A DNA stretch of 31,665 bases, taken from positions 1 to 31,665 of the IMG/VR virus record IMGVR_UViG_3300020151_000653. One strand, given 5' to 3'. The DNA is from a virus (Duplodnaviria > Caudoviricetes). The notes below the pieces were generated by a model. It ran no database searches. It was not told the origin of the DNA and was given only the letters and a program-made list of their open reading frames with translations. Shown piece after piece: positions 26,781 to 31,665 of this stretch (positions are counted from its first letter, which is position 1; the number at the start of each line of letters is the position of its first letter). Position numbers and translations under genes: made by a program.

Positions 26781-28964
26781 TTACTTTAATAATGCTTTCA
26801 TTCTTGCCAGCTCTGATTCAAACACGCCAGTGCCATAGCATTCTGCAAGACCATGCACAGGGCAGTATTCGTTTTCCATGGTGTAGTTGCACTCGTTCAT
26901 GGGTGTTGCTGGATCGTTACCAAATGACGGAGTGGATGTTGGTGCAATCACTGGTGCTGCTTCGTCAATCCCATGTCTAACATAATGATGGAATGCACTA
27001 GCAACATCACTTAAAAAATCTTCGTCATAATTTAGTTTAAAATTTGCAGACTTTGGCGTCATACCTAATTCAATCATCTCGTGATAAACCGCATGACGAA
27101 ATGGACCAGAGTTTGCATCCAAATGTGGTTGTTGTTGTGCTAGTTTTTGGCCAATTTTTTCATATGTATATTCACTGGATTCTTCAATCCGAGATTCTTG
27201 TATGGGCATGCCGGCCAAATGTTTTATACTTTGCAGACTTTCAAAGGTACTTGTGTTGTCGCCTTGTGATTGTTCCCATTGGTCATATACTGTTTCATAG
27301 GCATTATATAATATATCCACTTCATCTTGGTTAATATCATACATGTCATATACTTCATCCTCAAGATCAGAAAATTCACCGATTGCTGACATTACTTGGT
27401 CAACTGAATCATTGAATCTATTGTTTCTAACTCCGTATTTTGCAATATTGAGCCAGGCTGTCTTGATAGGATCGCCATAGTGACCAACCTTTGCCCAGTT
27501 GCCTACTTCTCGTAGACCCAATTCAATTGGTGGATTTTCACCGGCCATTTTTTCATTGTATGCGGCTAATTTTGAGACTTGTTCTTCATGCGAGCCTTCT
27601 GCCACAGGTGGTGCAGCAGGAGCAGCTGGTGCAGCAGCCGGCGCAGCAGCAGCTGGTGGTTCAGCGGGTGCAGCAGTTTGAAAACTCATTGCTAATTCTG
27701 CCAGTTCGGGACTTTGATCTTGATTACGAGTCACCCAGGCCTGAACAATGGGCACAGCATCCATTGTGGCATCTTCTGTAGCCATAGCTTCCAGTTGATC
27801 AAACAATGAATCATCACCAATCAGATCATACAACACATCTGTGACATCTTCTGCGTCAGGGCCCAGTGGGCGTGGTTCACTGAACCAGGTTTTGAGTTCG
27901 GTCATTTTTTCTGGGGTATCGGGCAAGGCCCAGGTTCCTTCTACCAATCTGGCAGCCCATGATTCAAATATTTCTGCTTCTTTCATAGCTTTTACTTCCT
28001 GTTGTATCTTTGCCAACATGGGCAAAGCTGTTTCTATCCTAGGGTCAATGCGTGTTTCTATAAACATGCTCCTTAGGTCTTCTACTACCATATCTGAATC
28101 CGTAATGTTGCCAGGTTTCCATGATTCAAAATAACGATTGTATCCGCGGCCATTGGCCATGTGTTTTAAATTCTGATTTAACTGTTGATAGTATTGATTG
28201 GTTTCTGTGACCAATTCACCAGCGGCACCTTCAAACACCCGACCTTGATGTGCTCTGCGGAACTGGCTCAATACATTGATTTGATTCACTGTTTCCGCAA
28301 TGTGTTGTCCACGCATGTCATAAGGTTTACCACCTTGACGCACATGCTCTAACATGGCTCTACCTCCAGCTAGTTTGCGGAATGGCAAACGGAAACATTC
28401 ACCTTCTACTGTTTCAATAAACAAACTCTCCACATAACGATAACGCTTGTCACCTTCAGTGATAGGTCGTGTGTGCTTGATCATGAGTCTAGCATCAGTT
28501 GGCGCACCTGAATAACTGACCTTGCGTGTGCCGTAGAAACTTTCAGTTAGTGCTGCTTGTCCTGCAATAGCATACTTGAGTTTGCTCAAATCTTCTAGAC
28601 TAAATCCACCACGAATCTTGCTGGTACGGATAGCAAAGTTTTTAAGTTGCTCTAGGAATCCTCTACTGCCTGTTTCTTCGTCGCCATACCAGGCTTTTTT
28701 ATCTTCTGGATCCATGGTGCGACCCAAGTTATCACCAAAGTACACAGTCATGCCACCGTTTTGATCCAACAAGATCACCATGGTGCCATAGTTCTTGCCT
28801 GTAGGGCCCACCCAGTCAAAGCTGAACATGTCTGCTTCGGACGTGTCTGGAACACCGCGGTCATTTACAGCAGGTTTGCCAGTCTTGGTACTGAGTGCAG
28901 CAACATCAAAATCGTGCGTGATCAGTAAATCGTTGAGTTCGTTTCCAATTGAATTCTGTGCCAT
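26781..28964 (-). CDS. Large hypothetical protein, probable internal head/structural protein
   Basis: 727 aa; downstream of terminase; TAAATA 4 nt before ATG; Ala/Pro linker; many hydrophobic-x-E-[S/G/A] motifs; C-terminal CPVHG. Confidence 0.75.
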   Translation of the reverse strand: MAQNSIGNELNDLLITHDFDVAALSTKTGKPAVNDRGVPDTSEADMFSFDWVGPTGKNYGTMVILLDQNGGMTVYFGDNLGRTMDPEDKKAWYGDEETGSRGFLEQLKNFAIRTSKIRGGFSLEDLSKLKYAIAGQAALTESFYGTRKVSYSGAPTDARLMIKHTRPITEGDKRYRYVESLFIETVEGECFRLPFRKLAGGRAMLEHVRQGGKPYDMRGQHIAETVNQINVLSQFRRAHQGRVFEGAAGELVTETNQYYQQLNQNLKHMANGRGYNRYFESWKPGNITDSDMVVEDLRSMFIETRIDPRIETALPMLAKIQQEVKAMKEAEIFESWAARLVEGTWALPDTPEKMTELKTWFSEPRPLGPDAEDVTDVLYDLIGDDSLFDQLEAMATEDATMDAVPIVQAWVTRNQDQSPELAELAMSFQTAAPAEPPAAAAPAAAPAAPAAPPVAEGSHEEQVSKLAAYNEKMAGENPPIELGLREVGNWAKVGHYGDPIKTAWLNIAKYGVRNNRFNDSVDQVMSAIGEFSDLEDEVYDMYDINQDEVDILYNAYETVYDQWEQSQGDNTSTFESLQSIKHLAGMPIQESRIEESSEYTYEKIGQKLAQQQPHLDANSGPFRHAVYHEMIELGMTPKSANFKLNYDEDFLSDVASAFHHYVRHGIDEAAPVIAPTSTPSFGNDPATPMNECNYTMENEYCPVHGLAECYGTGVFESELARMKALLK

Positions 28965-28982
28965 GATGTATTTAGTTAACTT

Positions 28983-30551
28983 CTACATCATCACAGAGAT
29001 GAACGGATAGGGCTCAATGACTTCAGATTCGTGATCTTTCATCTGTGTATCCAATTCTGCATAGTAACTCTGCAGGGTGACCAGCATACGCACAGCCAGC
29101 AATAAGGCCATGACCAAATCGTCGGTTTCGCCAGGTTTGGCAGCATAACTAGTGCCGTGTGCTACAAAGTTCTTTAGTTCGCTAATCAGGCTTGCACTAT
29201 TCACACGCATACGCCCACTCTCAATCAAGTTTTTTAGTTTAGCGCAAGCAGCAATTTTGGCTCGATTTGTGGTATTGTATCCTTTGCGGAAGCGGCGTGT
29301 GCTAGGACTTGACGTATCACTGAGGAAATAGCCCTTGATGTTTTCTTCACCGTATTCCATGATAGAAATCAAGGCTGCTTCACCAATGGTGTTGTTTTCC
29401 ACACTGTAGTAAATGCTTTTGTCATCGCCCACTGTGTCGTGTATGTGTTTGATCATGTCCGCCATGATACGCACCTGCTCAGGAATAGGTGTGCGATTGT
29501 GCCGCCATTCACCCACTTGACGTGTGGTGTTGGCTTCAAATACTTGTATAGCACTAGGATCGCCACCTGTGCCTAAACTAGGATCTAATGCCACAACATA
29601 CACTTGATCTCGGCGGACGGGTTCAAACCAACGCACTTGCCCTGTTCTATGTATAGGCTCCTTGTGCTCAAGATCCAGTAGTTTGGCTGGGGCGATCAAG
29701 GTCTCATCGTTGATAATAAATTCACAATTCATCTCTCGACGGAAACGATCTTCACCCAACTGGGCTCGCATGTTATTACCCCAAGCAGCGTCACGATCAG
29801 GATGTTCTTCCCAGTAGCTGCGATACGCTTTGAATCCGTTCATGCCCAATGCTGTAGGGTTGCCATATTCATCTTCGCACTTGTTGGCACCTTTCCATAA
29901 GAACGCAAACTGATCTTCGTCGCTGTTGGGTGTGCTTGTGATGATAGCTTTGCCACCTGTGGCCAGTGTAGGTGATATACTTGTCCAAAACTCTTTGGCA
30001 ATAGTAGGGCGCACATAGGCAAATTCATCAGCGTATAATAGCGTAATACTCATACCACGACCAGTTGTTTCAGTTGTGGTTGCTGATACTATGCGGCTAC
30101 CGTTTTCAAAATCTATTGAGCCTTTGTTGTAGTTGGTAGCACCTGCTCGAATGTGATCTGGGCACAACTCGTAAGCAAATCTTATCCGTTGCATAATCTC
30201 TTGGGCACCTGTGTATTTGTGTGCGGCAATTAGGATTGTGGAGTCTGGCACAAACATAGCAAACCAAAGTATGTAACCTGCTGCTGATGTTGATTTACCA
30301 GTTTGCCTAGGCATCATACTGATACTATATCTGTTGTGATGGTAGGTATCAATCAGTTTTTTTTGGTAATCAAACGGGTGATACAGCATTTTGCCCTGTG
30401 TAGGATGCTGTATATGGAAGAAGTTGTCCATGAAGTAGTGCGGACCTGTGTCAGGATCAGCACATTTCAAGAACTCTTCCAGTTGTTCTTCAGTGAATTT
30501 TTGACGACGGTGTGGTGCTTTGATTAGCACTCCTTCAACAGTGTTGGCCAT
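28983..30551 (-). CDS. terL: Terminase large subunit (T4 gp17-like)
   Basis: MPRQTGKS, LLYADEFAY, ITSTPN, FRREMNCEF, ALDPSLG, VENN, DDLVMA. Confidence 0.95.
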   Translation of the reverse strand: MANTVEGVLIKAPHRRQKFTEEQLEEFLKCADPDTGPHYFMDNFFHIQHPTQGKMLYHPFDYQKKLIDTYHHNRYSISMMPRQTGKSTSAAGYILWFAMFVPDSTILIAAHKYTGAQEIMQRIRFAYELCPDHIRAGATNYNKGSIDFENGSRIVSATTTETTGRGMSITLLYADEFAYVRPTIAKEFWTSISPTLATGGKAIITSTPNSDEDQFAFLWKGANKCEDEYGNPTALGMNGFKAYRSYWEEHPDRDAAWGNNMRAQLGEDRFRREMNCEFIINDETLIAPAKLLDLEHKEPIHRTGQVRWFEPVRRDQVYVVALDPSLGTGGDPSAIQVFEANTTRQVGEWRHNRTPIPEQVRIMADMIKHIHDTVGDDKSIYYSVENNTIGEAALISIMEYGEENIKGYFLSDTSSPSTRRFRKGYNTTNRAKIAACAKLKNLIESGRMRVNSASLISELKNFVAHGTSYAAKPGETDDLVMALLLAVRMLVTLQSYYAELDTQMKDHESEVIEPYPFISVMM

Positions 30552-30591
30552 AGTCAGTTAGTTATCTTGAATCTAACCAAGATTGATATAA

Positions 30592-31029
30592 TCAATTGCA
30601 CCAAGATGTTTTGGCTTCGCCGTAGTATTCTCGTGCAAATCCATTTTGTATCAGCATGACTCTGAGACTTTGTCCGTTGAGAAGTACATCGCCCAGCACT
30701 CGACCGCCGTATTTGTCCCAGTCCATGAGCACAACCTGGCGTGTTTGGCTGGCAGCAACGGCTTGTTTTGTAAATGCACTTGCTGCTTCTCCACGCTGTG
30801 CTTCACTAGGACATTGAGCACGAAATCCTTTTTCAGGAGTGTCCACACCGTACACTCTAATACTGAGTTCTTTCTTGAGCGGCGCGGGCAAAAAATCTGC
30901 TTGGAAAGCCACAGTGTCACCATCTATGACTCTGGTAATCACAGCATCATAGGTCACTCCGGGTTTTTGTTTGGGTTGTGCTATAACTAGTGCAGGAACG
31001 ATTAACAAGAGTGCTAAGAGTTTTTTCAT
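30592..31029 (-). CDS. SNase-like thermonuclease with N-terminal signal peptide
   Basis: MKKLLALLLIVPALVIA; RVIDGDT, IRVYGVDTPE, DKYGGRVLG, LIQNGFA. Confidence 0.9.
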   Translation of the reverse strand: MKKLLALLLIVPALVIAQPKQKPGVTYDAVITRVIDGDTVAFQADFLPAPLKKELSIRVYGVDTPEKGFRAQCPSEAQRGEAASAFTKQAVAASQTRQVVLMDWDKYGGRVLGDVLLNGQSLRVMLIQNGFAREYYGEAKTSWCN

Positions 31030-31064
31030 TGAGTATTTAGCAAACATTTCCTAATGTCTGAATG

Positions 31065-31664
31065 CTAAAAGAACGCAAAGAAGTCGCCGCCAGCAGTGAA
31101 CACATAACCACCAAATATCCATCCTGTGTTGTTGCTCACATTGCTCGATGTTGCTCCTGCATCCCAGTTTGCGCCACCTGTTGCATTGGAATCACGAATG
31201 CTCAAATAACCAACACTCACAGTACCACTGGTTTTGCTCAAACTGGCTTGAGTTCCTGCGCTGCTGCTGTTGATTGTGACCAAATTGCCAGCTGTGCCTG
31301 ACAAAGTAAAGTTAGTGAATGTCTGTGTTGTTGAGATGGTAAATGTGATTGTGCTGGGTCTTGTGGTTGCAGTCAAATCACCAAATGAATTGTTACCGGA
31401 TATGGTCAATGCCCCGGCGCCACCTTGATTGAGTGTTGGATATGTTGCGCCGCCGCCGGCAAATGTTTTTGCAGTGGCAGCAGTCATGCTGAGGGTAAAG
31501 CTGGTAAATGTTATGCCCGGCGAAGTCACAGCAAATGGTGAAAGAATGTTGGCTGTGGCTGTGCCAGTGTTTGTGACAGTAAAGTTATTGACTGAGTAAT
31601 CTGTTGTGAGACTGTTAGAAGGTGTGGACAACAACAAAGAGGTTTGTGTTCCTGTGATGGCGCT
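31065..31664 (-). CDS. C-terminal part of a Thr/Ser/Gly-rich tail-fibre/adhesin-like protein (5'-truncated)
   Basis: Frame is open to the window end (SAITGTQTSLLL...); beta-solenoid-like T/S/G/N-rich repeats; ends NNTGWIF...GDFFAFF. Confidence 0.75.
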   Translation of the reverse strand, partial: SAITGTQTSLLLSTPSNSLTTDYSVNNFTVTNTGTATANILSPFAVTSPGITFTSFTLSMTAATAKTFAGGGATYPTLNQGGAGALTISGNNSFGDLTATTRPSTITFTISTTQTFTNFTLSGTAGNLVTINSSSAGTQASLSKTSGTVSVGYLSIRDSNATGGANWDAGATSSNVSNNTGWIFGGYVFTAGGDFFAFF

Positions 31665-31665
31665 T

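Noticed and set aside
26441-26980. Plus-strand 179-aa ORF with collagen-like PGVAG repeats
   Set aside because: It is the antisense shadow of the PGPAT repeat in the 365-aa minus-strand gene, which has an SD and fits the operon.
28983-30551. Inteins or introns in terminase (also checked UvsX and UvsW)
   Set aside because: Lengths are typical and motifs are contiguous, with no splice-junction motifs or homing endonuclease.

Overview
This is a densely coding fragment of a large T4-like (possibly jumbo) dsDNA phage genome in the standard genetic code, mostly on the minus strand. It carries replication/recombination genes (a 189-aa miniature DnaE-like polymerase core, a gp62-like clamp-loader subunit, UvsW, UvsX/RecA, a frameshifted UvsY, gp32 SSB), a T4 gp17-like terminase, probable internal head proteins, a signal-peptide SNase and the 3' end of a fibre gene. 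In the middle is a ~10.4 kb cluster of 14 glycan genes: 5 GT-A glycosyltransferases, 3 capsule-biosynthesis-like paralogs, 4 SAM methyltransferases, Gmd and a PMI cupin. It has no membrane or export components and appears to be driven by late-type TAAATA elements, so it is a candidate phage-encoded virion glycosylation system. Other notable signals are apparently leaderless genes, two likely AUU/AUA start codons with good SD sites, an insulated early unit (AAA ATPase plus three unannotated small peptides), a repeat-rich SSB leader and two radical SAM enzymes inserted among core genes. All family assignments come from motif recognition by eye; no database searches were run.
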